64,000 bases of DNA from the human T2T-CHM13v2.0 reference genome, Homo sapiens. Shown here piece by piece: positions 9,407 to 23,815 of the stretch (within the stretch, counting starts at the first letter, position 1; the number at the start of each line of letters is the position of its first letter). The translations under genes and the position numbers were made by a program. The notes below the pieces were generated by a model, which made no database searches, had not been told where the DNA came from, and saw only the letters and a program-made list of their open reading frames with translations. Where the stretch lies: NCBI RefSeq assembly GCF_009914755.1, contig NC_060926.1; one strand, given 5' to 3'.

Positions 9407-10695
9407 GTAAGATTCTGAGAGTTACACAGGGTAGGAAATTTGACTAAACAGACAGAAAGATGAAATAAACCTAGACCGTGACCTCAAGGCAGTCCCAGAA
9501 TCAAAGGAGTCAGAGATAAATAATAATTACATTATGATTCAATATGTACTATAATAAAGGCATTTATAAGGTTTAGAAGAAACAGGATGGCATGGTAAGG
9601 AAAGGGCAAGTGATGTTTGAGCTTACTGTTTACATTATGTTCAGGAGTTTGCCAGCCAGAATAAGAGAACATTCCATTCCAGAGACAGGGAACAGCATGT
9701 GGAAAAGCACAGAAGCTTCCAAGAGCAATTGTCGCAATTGTTCTGGATACTGCAATAACATTTGAAAATACAAGCTTTACATCTTATACATTTTTGTGTA
9801 TAGTATATAAAAATATAGTATAACATACATATAGTATAGAGCAGTCTTAAAATTAATTTTAGCATCGTTTTCTGTTAAAGTTACATGACAGGGAAAATAA
9901 TCTTTCCCATTTAAGATAAAGACTCCGATCAGAGCTATAGAATAGACTAACACACAAATGTTACATTTGCATGAGTGGAAGTTCTGATATTATAATACTC
10001 ATAAAAGCCATGAAAAAACTCTTTGAAGGCAATTTTATAAGTGAAACCAAATAGCCTAATAATACTGGAGAAACTACCACCATTTACACTGAATGCCTAC
10101 TTTGTGGTAGCCTCTTCTTCCCCACCATCTCATCAATTTATACGCATGATCTTATTTTAATGCTTACAATAGCCCTTTAAAGTAGATATTATCCACATTC
10201 TACACTTAGGGAAACAAACTTGGAGAAGTTAAGTAATTTGTCCATAAGTGACAGAGCTGGGATTCAAACCCCAGATTTGTTTGAGGCTGTGGCATCATAC
10301 TTCAAGTCATATCCACGTCCAAAATCCTACCAGGAACCAGTAGCTGTTTATCATTATGAAGACTATTACTGCATAAACATAAGATCAGCATATATGCGGC
10401 AACACAGCACAGTAGAAGGAACACTATATGAGCACATCGCCACATATGTTAATTTGGTTAAATTACCTAACTCTTGAATAGGTTGAACCAGATAATCTCT
10501 AAGGCTCTTCCAGCTACAAATGACTAAAATGCTCCATCATTACAATCATTGATACATAATAGGTTGCCCATTCAAGAATTAGCTATTATCTTGAAAATAA
10601 GTTCATCTTTCATAAAGGCAGAATTAATCCATCAATCACATTTAGAGAGCTCTTGGCACGAACTTTAATATTAGACCAAGTGTTGTATGTTCCAG

Positions 10696-10765
10696 TGTAG
10701 GATCTCACTTCAACAGCTGCGTTACCTTCAGAAAATAGTAAAAACCATTTTTGTTAACATAGAGA
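10696..10765 (+). pseudogene. Fossil exon, plus strand (CRISLQQLRYLQKIVKTIFVNIE)
   Basis: gttccag acceptor, AGA|gtaagt donor, open frame, ends in phase 1. Confidence 0.55.
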
Positions 10766-11340
10766 GTAAGTACTGTGTGAGCTTGAGATTTAAAACTAAA
10801 ACAAATATTTTTAACATTCACAAATATGTGACATATTATCTACTATATATGTGGGATAAGACAGCCTAGGAAAGAAATCTGATTTACTAGAGATTAATCT
10901 GAGCAGGATCAGAGAGAAAAAGTGAAGAAGCAAAGAAGCAACTTAGACCCATGAAGGCCAGAAAGTGGGCATAGTGTCCCCAAGCCCACAGTCATTTACC
11001 CAGGAAATGTTTTTTAGTGCTTTGGGAAAGAACATGATACAGTAGAAAAAATATGGGCTGGAAATCCTAGAGCCTTAGGTTTTAATCTCAGCACTGCCAC
11101 TCAAACTCAGTAATTTTATGACACTGGGGCAAGGAATTTAAAGTTTTATGAGCTGGTTTCCACATTCATTTACAAAAATAAAGAAAACAATCCCTATTGA
11201 GTAATTTGGTTGTGGAGTTTAAATGAAGTAATGGATATGAAAATGTCTAGTATCAAGAGTAGCATAATGTAAGCCCTCATTGTTATTTTTTTTGTCCCTC
11301 ATTGTTAATGTAAAGCAGTTTCAAATGCTACTGGATAGAA

Positions 11341-11883
11341 TTTGATCCAGCAATCCTACTACTGGGTATCTACCCAAAGGAAGTCAATATATCAAAAAAA
11401 ATCTGCATGTGTATATTTATTGCAGCACAATTCATAACTGCAAAGATATGGAACCAACCTAAGTGCCCACTGACCAATGAGTGGACAAAGAAAGTGTGGT
11501 ATATATACACACCACGGAATACTGTTCAGCCATAAAAAAAGAAACAATGTCTTTTTGCAGCAACTATGATGGAGCCAGAGGCCATTATTCTAAGCAAAGT
11601 AACTCAGGAACAGAAAACCAAATACCGTATGTTCTCACTTGTAAGTGGGAGCTAAGCTATGTGTATGCAAAGGCATACAGAGTGATATCATGGACTTTGG
11701 AGACTCAGAAGTGGGAGGATGGGAACGGGTCTAGGGATAAAAAACTACACATTGGGTACAATGCATACTACCTGGGTGACAGGTACACTAAAACCTCAGA
11801 CTTCACCAATGTATGATTCATCCATGTAAACAAAAACCCACTGTACCCTAAAAGCTATTCAAATTTTTAAAACATTAATTAAA
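11341..11883 (+). mobile_element. L1PB-type 3' end, 5' truncated
   Basis: ORF2 end plus 3'UTR; TSD aaatgcta(c/t)tgg(a/t)tagaa at 11323 and 11884. Confidence 0.85.
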
Positions 11884-12249
11884 AAATGCTATTGGTTAGA
11901 AAAGTCCACACTCACATTTGAGAGATCTGAGACACAGTTTAATGAGAAGAACACAACTCTGGGGCCAGATTTAAATGTTGGCCTCTGCTACTTCCTTGTA
12001 GTGTGAGTTTGTAAAAATTGCTTTGTCTTTCCTGAGCTTCAGTTTCCATATCAATAAATGGGGGTCATCATGATATAGGATTACTGTGAAGACTAAAAGA
12101 GCAATATTTAGAGGTTTGAATTAGAGAAAACAGAGTATCTGGTACACAATGGGCTTTCAATAAACATTAGCTCTCATTATTATTCTAGTCAGCATTTTTG
12201 GCTTGATAAAACCACAACTACCAGTTAAGGTCAAATTTTCCCCTCCTAG

Positions 12250-12316
12250 CCATCACAAGTTCTGCCATCTGGGCCTTGCTTCAGACTGCAAAGACCCTTG
12301 TACCTTTTGGCTGAAG
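12250..12316 (+). pseudogene. Fossil exon, plus strand (TITSSAIWALLQTAKTLVPFG*)
   Basis: ttttcccctcctag acceptor, AAG|gtaaga donor; phase 1 in, phase 2 out. Confidence 0.55.
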
Positions 12317-12672
12317 GTAAGAATTCAGAATGAACTGACATTCAGCATTAACCTGTAAAGTTGTGTACTACCTGCTCCTCAGCTTCAGCTTCAACCTTTG
12401 CAAGATCTAACAGTTAAATGGTTAAATGACTACCTACTTCAATGTGCTTTCTGGCAGCCAGAATCTGCATGCAATCAATGACCATGTGACTAACGTAAGT
12501 TATGGTCATACCTAATTAGTATGACATTCTGATTATTAACTGGATATTTCCTCTCAAATAAAGATAAACATTCTATATGTAACTTGGAGTGAAACTCATG
12601 TGTTTTATACATTGAATGCTATCAGTTCAAGGGTGAATATGCCTTCAGAATGCAAGTGTTTTTTTTTTTTAA

Positions 12673-13300
<628 letters not shown>

Positions 13301-13469
13301 ACCAGTACTTCTTACGTAATACTTGCTGTAGAGAATCTCTTTCTACTCAAGGGAAGATGCTAAAACTGGTGTTCATGCAATTAAAGATGACATGAACATA
13401 GACATTCAGAAGCAACACTGTCATCTTGAGAGCCACATCATTCCAGTGTCACATTTCTAGAACCAAAAT

Positions 13470-13862
13470 ATGAGTCCGTGTGGGCTGCTATAACGAAATG
13501 CCTTAGTCTGGTTTATAAAGTTTATAAGCAAGAACTGTGAACAATAAATTTGTTACTATAAAAAAACTTCTTGCTTATAGTTCTGGAGGCTGGGAAGCCA
13601 ATCAGTGTGCTGGCATATTTGGTGTTTGTGGAGGGTCTGCTTTCTGGTTCATGAACAGTGGCTTCTTGCTTTGTCCTCACGTGGTGGTTGGGGCAAGTCG
13701 GCTGTCTGGGGCCCCTTTTACGAGGGCATTAATCCCATTCATGAAGGCTCCACTCTCATGACCTAATCACCTCCCAAAGGCCCCACATCCTGTCACACTG
13801 ATGATCAGATTTCAACATATGAATTTTGTGGCCAGGGGGACACAAACATTCAGACCACAGCA
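13470..13862 (-). mobile_element. MLT1A-type MaLR LTR
   Basis: agttctggaggctgggaag...catgacctaatcacctcccaaaggcccc...acacaaacattcagacc motifs. Confidence 0.8.
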
Positions 13863-13967
13863 CAAAGGTTAGGGACAATTTCTTAAGTAATTGTGTAATG
13901 CAGCAAACACATGCATAAAAAAAAAAATCAGAAATAATGAAAGTAAACAAGGGCAACATTATCTTAG

Positions 13968-14146
13968 GTTTGTCTCTGAAAACATTCAGGACGCATCACT
14001 GAGTAGTGCACAGTTTTAGTCTGTGAGCACGCTTCAGTGAAATTATATCACCACTGACCACAAAATCTTCAAATCCCAGAGTTGAAGAAAACACTTTTAG
14101 TCAGTTACTAATGGAGAAAAAATAAATATAATTTGGTTGCAACCTC
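13968..14146 (+). pseudogene. Fossil exon, plus strand (FVSENIQDASLSSAQF*SVSTL/SPLTTKSSNPRVEENTFSQLLMEKK)
   Basis: tcttag acceptor in matching phase, CTC|gtaagt donor. Confidence 0.45.
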
Positions 14147-14332
14147 GTAAGTTGCTTCCTGTTCTATAATTTAAAATAACTATCTTAAATTAGTAGTTTA
14201 ATGAGTGAGCAATTTAGCACCTGATACTGCTGAGAAATTAATGACTCTGCACTGCATTAAATTTAAAAAATGAGCTTTAATAAAATTACAGTAAATTTTA
14301 AATATGATTTCCTACTTATTCATGGATTCTAG

Positions 14333-14615
14333 AAGCTTATTTTATGATGGTAATCTTCAGTTTAGGTCTTGGTGAAATAATTTCAAGCCTTAGCCATTGG
14401 CATTTGGTCAGTATGTGTATGTAGTGTACTATGAATGTGACTCAGCCATATACTACAACTGAGACAAGGCAATCACCAAGGTCACATACCTAGTACAACC
14501 CCATCTCCAGGCCACCCATTTACCAAGTTTGTGGCCCTCATGTAAGAGGTGACCAAGATGCACCTGCACCAAGAGCACCAAGAGGATTGTCTCAATCCTT
14601 AAGAGAAAGAAGAAG
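14333..14615 (+). pseudogene. Fossil exon, plus strand (...PGHPFTKFVALM*EVTKMH...QSLRERR), start uncertain
   Basis: AAG|gtaagg donor; protein-like frames. Confidence 0.4.
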
Positions 14616-14718
14616 GTAAGGGCTGGGGATGAGGGGTGCACTTAAACCAGAAATGAGACATGGCCCTCTGTGGCTAGGATCCTAACTTCAGATTGCTAAT
14701 TTATCCCATTTTACTTAG

Positions 14719-14811
14719 GCCCAAAATGACAGGCTGAATACTTTTATTGGAAATGAAACATTCCAGAGTTAGACATGTTTACTCTGGACAGTCAAGGACA
14801 GCGATGTGTAG
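14719..14811 (+). pseudogene. Putative terminal fossil exon (AQNDRLNTFIGNETFQS*TCLLWTVKDSDV*)
   Basis: cccattttacttag acceptor; AATAAA at 14898-14903 and 14966-14971. Confidence 0.35.
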
Positions 14812-15757
14812 GGAAAGTTTGGTTCATGCAAAAATGAATGAAATTTTAATACACTTAAAGTTACTTCTCACTCTGAAAATAATACCAAAGTAGAGTCAAT
14901 AAATATTAAATTTCCTTCCAATTCCACAGGACCAATTAACGAAAAACATAATTTTTGTACTACAGAATAAAAATTTTAAAATCTCAAATATTTTTTCCCA
15001 AAGGCAGAGGTCATGGCAAATCTTCGGAGAAAGAGAGCATTTTGTCTATTTGAAAATTCAGGTTCAGGCCTTCAAATGAAATGATGGTTCATGCTGTCAT
15101 TTCAAGTGACTACAAAGAAGAAATGAAAGAAAGATGTAAGGAGTCACTACTTTAAGGATTATTCACAAAAGTCTTAGGAATAATACAGGTGAAGTCTCAG
15201 AAAGGCAAGTCCTTATAACAGAATGGGCATGGATCATGTACTAATCAGTAGGTTACAATTCACTACCTTACAGAATTTGGGCTTCATTTAGAAGGCCTGA
15301 TGGTGTACAACAGACTTTACATTTTCACATTAATGCAAGAGCCTATCAGTGAATTCATGTTCATTTCCTTTATTAACCAGCCTACATTAGATTTAATTTG
15401 TGAACTCTGCTATATAAGCAAAGAAGAAAGCAAGCAAGCACGTGATCAGAAGAGAAAAAGAGCTAGATAGCCCATAAGGCTCCTAGAGGGAACTTGAGCA
15501 CTCCTCATGACAGAGACACAGATGACACACTTCTAACTTCTCAAACATGCCAAGTTTGTGCTTGCCTTCTGGGTCTTTGCCTTTATTATTCCTCCCCTCA
15601 GCCCACTTGTGGTTCCTTCTAATCCTTCACGTACCAGCTCAAATGTTTTCTCTTACACAGATGACACTTTCTTCTAACACTTTCTTCTAAAGTAGTTTCA
15701 CCACTGCCTCCCCACATTATCCTGTATACTTTCCAGTCACCATCAGAAGTTTGCTCA

Positions 15758-16042
<285 letters not shown>

Positions 16043-16276
16043 AGAAGCTGGTTTGTTTATTGTATACCATCACTAAAATCCAAGCTCAACTATAAAAGGG
16101 TCACCTTTTTGCTCACCATTACATGCAGGCATCTAAAAATACTTGCTTAAATAAGTGAATGAAAAAGCAGCAGAAAGGAAGCAATTTTACTTCTGAAAAA
16201 TTATTCTAAAAAAATAACAGGTCAACTTTACCAAGATATAGATATACATTTATAATAATGAAAAGAAATTGTCTAA

Positions 16277-16597
<321 letters not shown>

Positions 16598-17844
16598 ATG
16601 AAATTGTTAAATTAGTTATGGTATCTATAAAGGTATTAAAAAGAATATTAAAGACATTTTTTCTACTACTGAGTGAAATAAGCAGATTACAGGCCAGTAT
16701 GTATGGTATGATCACATTAATGTAGAGAAAACAACAAAAATAGTATGTTGTTGTATAAGTTTAGAAGAAAATAAAACAAACAAGATATTAAAAATAGTAG
16801 TTGTCAATTTACTTTTAACTTTTTCCTCCAAGTTACCTTTGCCACGCCTCCTCCCCCGCCTTTGCTGTATGAGAAAAAATTTGGACAAAAACTTCAGGTG
16901 ACTATGAGGAGCGATTTTTTTCTCAGCCTAGCAGTGGTAGAGAATGCCTTATTTTCATCCTTATGCCCTTTCACATATGATTCCAAAGTGTACATATCCA
17001 AATTCCTACTTTACCTCTCCAGAGATCACTGCCAACAAAGTTATTACCTCTCTAAGATCCTAATATTTCAAAACAAACGGCATTAAATCTTAGTTTTGAC
17101 TGCTCACTGTGTAAATCAGACTATTTCAGGTCTGAACTATGCCATTTTAAAATTTCCCTTTTTAAAAAATCTTTATGGAACAAGTACAATTTTTCGACAG
17201 ATAGTGACAACTACTCCCTACTTTAAATATAGGCTGGACAAATCATACACAAAATAATAGCATAATCTCATAGTACTTCAATTTCATTCTACTCTCTATG
17301 TTTGAAGAAAGAAAAACATTATAACTGAGTTCACAGCAGCCTTCTTTTATCTTAACACAAGTTACCAGTGTATACATAAGAAGCTGTGAACAGAAGCTCT
17401 TTATGATATTCATATACAAAGCTGCTGAGAAACAGCCTCAACAATGCCAATCAAAGAGCAAAACATTGGGTTAGTTTTCAAACTAAATGAGCTGCTTTGC
17501 CCTCCATGCCAACTATTAAGCAATAGGCCCTTTTATGTCTTTCCCATTCATTACTGACTAATGCAGCAGTTCTCAACATTCTCACTAGTCCCATGATCAC
17601 TCAATTTTTTTTCCCTATTCTTTTAAATAACTCTATTTGGTTACAGATAAAATGAGCAAGTTGACAGCATACAAGTTTTCTTTAAGTTCTTAATTTTTAA
17701 GAAGTATTGTGTAATTTTATTTTCTAATTTTGGTATTTTTTTCAATAAAATGTTTTTTAAAACATTTAAACAAATCATATAATAGCTGACCTGGTATCGA
17801 ATGCTGTACTTAGACATTCCTAAACCATTATTTTTTATATTTCA

Positions 17845-18729
17845 AACTAAGTTTAAACAAAAACTTTATTATTATTGAACGAATATCCAAGGATCTTAAA
17901 GAAATCAATCGAAGTGTGATACAGTCTAGTGTTTATTTTATGTTATGGAAGGTACACTTGAATTTCAAAAATTTAAAACATATATAAAAAGTGGTTAGGG
18001 ACTAACATTTGTATCAACAGTTGATAAATGTCTAAGATTGTTTATTATACAGCAGGGTACAATGGTAGTGCTAATGCCAACAGGGCACCATGGAAGTTAG
18101 TCTAAAAATTATCGCTAGGCTTTATACAAGCAACAACATATGCTGCTGCTCTTAGAATTTTGGGAAATGATCTGCTTCTAATACTAAGCAGTTCTTTAAC
18201 ATTTTTAAATGTTATACAGTGTTACAGTATTTAGTTTGGCAAATGTTTCAAAATAAAGTAGAAATGTATTCATAACATCACAGAAATGCACATCCAATGT
18301 TGTTTTCAATAAGAACCATAGGTACAGATCAGAACTCTTCCCTATATGAAATAATTTACACACAGATGAATGCTATAATATCACTATCTAAAATAATCAC
18401 TAAATACAGTTCTTTTTCAGAAATAAACAAGCAAAGATTTTTTTCATTATCAAATATCAAAAACATGTTGATAATGTATGTTTTTCAAATAAATGATACT
18501 TTAAAATTATAGGAATAATCTCAGTGAATTCAGTGAATGTGCAACCTAAATCAACCAAGTATACTGTAGTACAACCATATTAAGAAACCAATGATCAGAA
18601 AATACAACCGTATGAAAGAAATTTATAATCCACAAAACTTTTTCAGGTCTTAAGGTAAAATAGTTCCACAGTCTACAGGTAAAACCAAGGCAACAAAAAT
18701 GCGTGCTTATCTTGATTAAGTAGGTAATT
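17845..18729 (-). other. NCKAP1: NCKAP1 proximal 3' UTR (end approximate)
   Basis: Repeat-free AT-rich sequence after the stop; AATAAA hexamers on the minus strand at 18041-18046, 17932-17937, 17865-17870, 17716-17721. Confidence 0.75.
17865..17870 (-). terminator. Candidate proximal polyadenylation signal AATAAA
   Basis: tttatt on plus strand; one of several nearby hexamers, usage not provable from sequence. Confidence 0.55.
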
Positions 18730-18846
18730 TTATGCAGAAGATGTAACACTTTGTTTGTAGACAGCATGGTATGCATTTCTCAGCAAGACATAAGGAAAAC
18801 AAGATTCCAAAAGATCCATTGTAAGGAATGGAGATTCTTGTACAAT
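18730..18846 (-). CDS. NCKAP1: NCKAP1 last coding exon ([10 protein letters not shown]...QSVTSSA*)
   Basis: tttacag acceptor; 38 codons plus TAA at 18730-18732. Confidence 0.97.
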
Positions 18847-19842
18847 CTGTAAAATTCAAAAAATCCATCAAAACAAGTTATTTATAACTTGTTTATAAAC
18901 AAAAATCATAAGTTATTTATAATGGGAACATTTATTGACAACCAGTAAGGCATAACTTCTATATTGTTCTTATTAGCAATAGACACATATTATTTTCCTT
19001 TTACTTAATCTAAAATGTAAATGTGCCACAGTGAATGTATATCAAACTGTTTAAAAAGAGCTACTTTTCAATTAAATTTATTTAATCAACAGGAATATAT
19101 TGAGCACTTTCATTTTCCTCACTGATATACTAGAAATAAAAGACAATACAAAAATATTTTTTTTTGTACTATCAACTCTACGTGGCAATCAAAGACTAAG
19201 CTAGGAAGCAAAACCAAACATAAGACCGACTATAATGAAATGGAAAGCTGTAAATTCTGTAAGAATTCAAAACAGAAGAAAGATTAATGTAGGCCAAAGT
19301 AATCAAGAAAGACTATCTGGAAAAAGATTTGAGCTGTGGGATGTGCTAAGTCATTAGGATAAATCCAATTTCTGCAGGTAAGGAAAATAACTCTAAGTGG
19401 GGAAAGAGCCACGTGGTAGAAACAAGCAAGAGCTGGTTCACAGATACTGCAGAGAGGGAAGTGACTAGGCACAGAGAATTACAGAAAATTACGAGAAATG
19501 GGCAGAATAGAGTTAGAATGTAGAAAACTCAGAAAACTGGAAGAGAGGTGACACCAATACACTAGAAAAATACAAGGCCTGAGTGTTTTCCAACAGGTTG
19601 AAAAACTGTTCATAAAAGAATACCCACAGTTAATGCTAACCTTTGATTGTTATCTTCTGATATTACCGAAATGATAAAATATGAGTGATGTCAGTCTTCT
19701 CTGCAAATTTTAGAAAGGTGTGGCTTACGTGAAGTGAACAAAAGGGATCAAAAAAAGTATTCAATGACTAAGATGCCAAGAAAAGATTCTCAGGAACGAC
19801 TGGAACTTTTTTATTGTTAGTAAAAATTAAAATGAGACTTAC

Positions 19843-19932
19843 CATATCTAGCAGTAAATAAACAGATTCTCTATTTCTTGTTGTAGTTTTATCTGTCTCC
19901 TGGCCAATTTTCAGTAGACTGGAGGATGCAAG
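19843..19932 (-). CDS. NCKAP1: NCKAP1 coding exon 15/16 ([10 protein letters not shown]...YLLLDM)
   Basis: ttttaag acceptor, ATG|gtaagt donor, 90 nt. Confidence 0.97.
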
Positions 19933-21143
19933 CTTAAAAGTATACATACACATAAAGTGAGTTTGTTAATAAAAGGTTCATCGGTTACTTATTTTAGGTA
20001 TGTTTCAACTTCCAACACATTTCAATCATTCAGTGCTAAATATAAAATAATGAGCAATTAAATAAGATGAGCTTAGATAGCCTACATTCAAGCAGTAATT
20101 TAGAGAGTAATTAAGGCACAAAGAGACACTAACATAATAAATGTAATCAAATATTCTTATTGGTCTTTAAAACTGATTTTTTCAGAACAAGTCTGCTTTT
20201 TAAAATGATTCAAATTATTTTCTCTTATCCCATCCCATTATCTATACTGACTATATTTCTTAGTTCCCAAGGAAGAAGACAGTTTCACACTGGATTTGAC
20301 TTCACAGAAACACTGTAAGATTAAGACATTAAACCCTGAGTGAAGGAATTATTTGCAAATGGAAAGAAACACTTAAAATTTTTAATAGTGTTTTCCTTGA
20401 AATAGAAGTTATTTTCTCCTCAAGTTAGTACTATATTTGCATTTGTAATTTAAAAATTATTTTTTAAAAAAGCTGACAGGATTTATAACTGAAAAAGAAG
20501 TAAATGTTCTAGAGTTCAGTATGCCATGGTATATCTTTCGTTTAAATAAAATATGGAAAAGGTTATATTAATAAAGAAAAGAAAGAACTACATTGATAGA
20601 GAAACTAAAAACCATGTTTCATGAGGCTACATTTAGCACTCCTCTCTTTTGGTAGTGAGTAGTATTTTTAATGATGAATTTTTCACCATTAATTGTCTTT
20701 CTCCAAAGAAATGGAAAAAAGTAAAATATGTCTTTTTAGAGGGAATAGCTTCTCTCTTGGCCTCAATTTTCCTTTGCTTTTTTTCTCTTTCAAGCCTAGG
20801 AAAATTTCTAGGGCAGTCCAAACATCAGCTTGGGGAAAAAAGGTCATATTGCAGAGCTCTAGAGTTGGGAAAGAGACTTCCGAGTCTAAGGGAAATAACG
20901 GACGGCTCCTCGATTTTAATGCCCCACCTTCACCTGTTTCTCCCTCCAAAAAAGAAAATAAACAAATAAAAATAAAAGGAGACTGAAATTCATATACCTG
21001 AGAAAATAATTTGAAAACAAAATGCCATTAGAGGACACTAAATAAAATGTAAAAATAAAGAGAATTTATTCTTACATTTTGTGGTTGTGAATTTTAGTTT
21101 TCTTTATAAAATGTGATGAGTTTTGTTATTTGATTATACATAC

Positions 21144-21253
21144 CGCCAGAAATTCTTTAAGACGGTCTTCAATGCTTCCTTTGTGAATTGTAAACAAAGC
21201 TGCAGCAATCTGGTTGATGGCTTTGGCCAAGCAATGTATGTTGTTGCAATGCC
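21144..21253 (-). CDS. NCKAP1: NCKAP1 coding exon 14/16 ([10 protein letters not shown]...LKEFLA)
   Basis: AG/GT bounded, 110 nt. Confidence 0.97.
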
Positions 21254-21809
21254 CTGAGAAAATGCAAATAGGGTTGTGTAGACCCCAAAATAGCAAATAA
21301 TACATAGAAGGCAAATCTTTAATGACTTCACAATCTGCATAAATAGGGGCATAATTAAGAGTAGAGTTGGGACATGACCGGACTTGCTCTCCTTTGACTT
21401 TCATGAACACTGATGTTTTTAAAACTAGTTTAACAGGAGAGTAACAAACGATCGTGTATATGTTAAACAGGCAAACACTTCTGAAAACATCTAAAAGAAA
21501 TCACACATCAGTTTTATAGTAGCTCGGAAATAAAAAGGAAGTGCTTAGCTGCTTTACAACATTTTACCATTCAATCCTTAAAATAATCCTATGAGTTGGA
21601 TAATCCCTCACCGACCTCTACACACATTCAGGCACACATGAGCTTACTTACACACATTTCATATATCAGGAAACTGCAGTTCAGGAAAAGGGAAACGGAC
21701 TACCCCATGTTCCACTGCCAGTTAGTGGCAGAACTTAACTCATATTTTATTATAAAATACCAAAACCCATGATTTATTCATCGCCAAAACAATTTTAAAC
21801 CACTATTAC

Positions 21810-21926
21810 CTTCTATAGCAGGGCTGTACTGAGACATCACATTACTGGCCAGTGTTGGCAAAGAAACTGCCACAAACACCATGAGAAGGCAGGCAATTTT
21901 ATACTCTTCTTCTGGACTAATGTTTT
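21810..21926 (-). CDS. NCKAP1: NCKAP1 coding exon 13/16 ([10 protein letters not shown]...YSPAIE)
   Basis: AG/GT bounded, 117 nt. Confidence 0.97.
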
Positions 21927-22450
21927 CTAAGAGACAAAAATTAAGAATAAAATCAAGGTATTTCTTCAAGATTAGTTAAGATTTGATAATCTAAACTAAA
22001 CAGATTTTTATTTTAAAAATGGTTTACTTTTTTTTTTGAAATAGTAAACTATTTTACTAGCATTCTATAGAATTGGTCACAATTTTGTTATAAAAATATA
22101 AAGTAGAAACAGTTTATATTACAATGGACTATTATCAACTACTTAGGCATATTTCAAGGACGTCTGATAAAACAGTAAGGTAAGATTTTATTTTTTTTAA
22201 TTGTAAGATTATAGAACAAAAAATACAGTTAGGATAACTGCAATCCTACAATTTCCTAATTGAAAACTAATGAGGAATTATTACTTTATGAGACAGTTCT
22301 ATTTACAATTTAGAAAACTTATAAATTATTCTGCAAAATCACCAAAAAAATCTTAATTACTTTTTGAAAGAGATATGAATATAATTTGAAATTTACTATT
22401 TAAAAGACATAAATGTGGAAAGTGGAATGGGTTTTCAACCTCTCTATTTT

Positions 22451-22520
22451 AGAAGACAGAAGAAACTAGTCATGAATAAAAGAAGACAGAAGAAGACAGA
22501 AGAAACTAGTCATGAATAAA
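22451..22520 (+). repeat. Perfect local duplication, A-B-A-A-B (A = agaagacaga, B = agaaactagtcatgaataaa)
   Basis: Read directly; the two 30-bp copies are identical. Confidence 0.95.
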
Positions 22521-23721
22521 AATACCCAGCATTGCTCTAAAGCTTTCAAGACATAACCCTTTCTAAAACATTTATTGTGATATGCACTCAAATTGTGGGT
22601 TATTTAGGCTACTAATCACCATTAGATATAATTAAGAATTGAATGTAAGAAAAAAGCTGAAATATGTTTTAAAGATTTGGTCGACTACAAAAAATACAGC
22701 TGTAGCAAATCAAGTAATAATTATAATTATCCATGTGACTAAATGTAACATACTGTATGAATGAGGAAACAAAATTGCATTGTTAAATGAAAAAAAAAAA
22801 AAAACTGATGAACTCAAACACCATGCTGCTGCCTCAAGGAGGCAGAAGGGGCATTTTAGTAGTAGAAAGAGATGAAATGCTATATTTACTTTGTAGACAA
22901 ATCAAGAAATATCTACAGGATTCTGAGTACTGCATTTCTAAGGGCTGGTCTTAAAAATTTCTAAATGTTTTATATAAAACTCTTGATGGTGAATAACTCT
23001 AGTACAATAAAAACAGAATACCCTTTCCTAGATCTCAATTTTTTGCTATCTACTGGACCATCTCCCATTAGCATACAAATGCTGTAATCTCCTCCATCTT
23101 AAAAAAATCCTTCTCTTGACTTTGCTCTTGCCTCCAGCTGGTGAGATTTTATTTCTTTGCTTCCCTTTACAATAGAACTCTTTGAGTTGTCTTCTAGTTA
23201 TCTCCAAATCCTTTCCTCCTGTTCTCCCTTAATCTCCCTTACTCACTACTCAGCCTTTTGCCCATAAAACCTCACTGACACTGATCTTGTTAGTACCACC
23301 AATTAACTCTACATAGCTGATCATTTCCTTTCTATCTTCCTGGAAGCTACCCTTTCCTGGTTTTTCTTCTACTTCATTGGTCCTTTCTTCTCAATTTCTC
23401 TAAATTTCTTTTTTCGTGGTTTTTCCTTTTCTCCCTGAGCTCTTAAATCTTAGAATGGCTCAAGGCTCAGACCTGGATCCTCTTCACTGCTGCATCTATA
23501 TACACTAAATGGCTCAGTAATCTCAACCAATCTTAAGTTCCAGAAGGGTGATGTTTGTGTTTTATGCACTGATATAGTCCAAGTACCAGCAATAATAATA
23601 ACAAATTTAAAAAGCTGAACACAAAGCAGGCATTTGAATATATGGTTAAATATCATACCTATACCTATGCTGCCCTGGTAACTTTAACTAAGAGTATTAA
23701 ATATTTACTAATGCATTTTAC

Positions 23722-23815
23722 CCGATTTTTGTGAAGAAAGAGCTACGACCAATGCAGGATCAATCTCACAAGGTAATCCGGCAGCTGATGATAACTCATA
23801 CACATTCATTGCAAC
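23722..23815 (-). CDS. NCKAP1: NCKAP1 coding exon 12/16 ([10 protein letters not shown]...LSSQKS)
   Basis: AG/GT bounded, 94 nt. Confidence 0.97.

Noticed and set aside
10220-10477. 85-aa plus-strand ORF near the fossil exon chain
   Set aside because: Begins inside a MIR and lacks flanking splice sites.
20633-20998. Cluster of overlapping ORFs and AG|GT motifs in a short NCKAP1 intron
   Set aside because: No coherent acceptor-donor pair or recognisable peptide; consistent with chance.
22451-22520. Repeat-spacer-repeat layout resembling a CRISPR array
   Set aside because: Only two copies, the spacer is part of the repeat unit, and the context is a eukaryotic intron.
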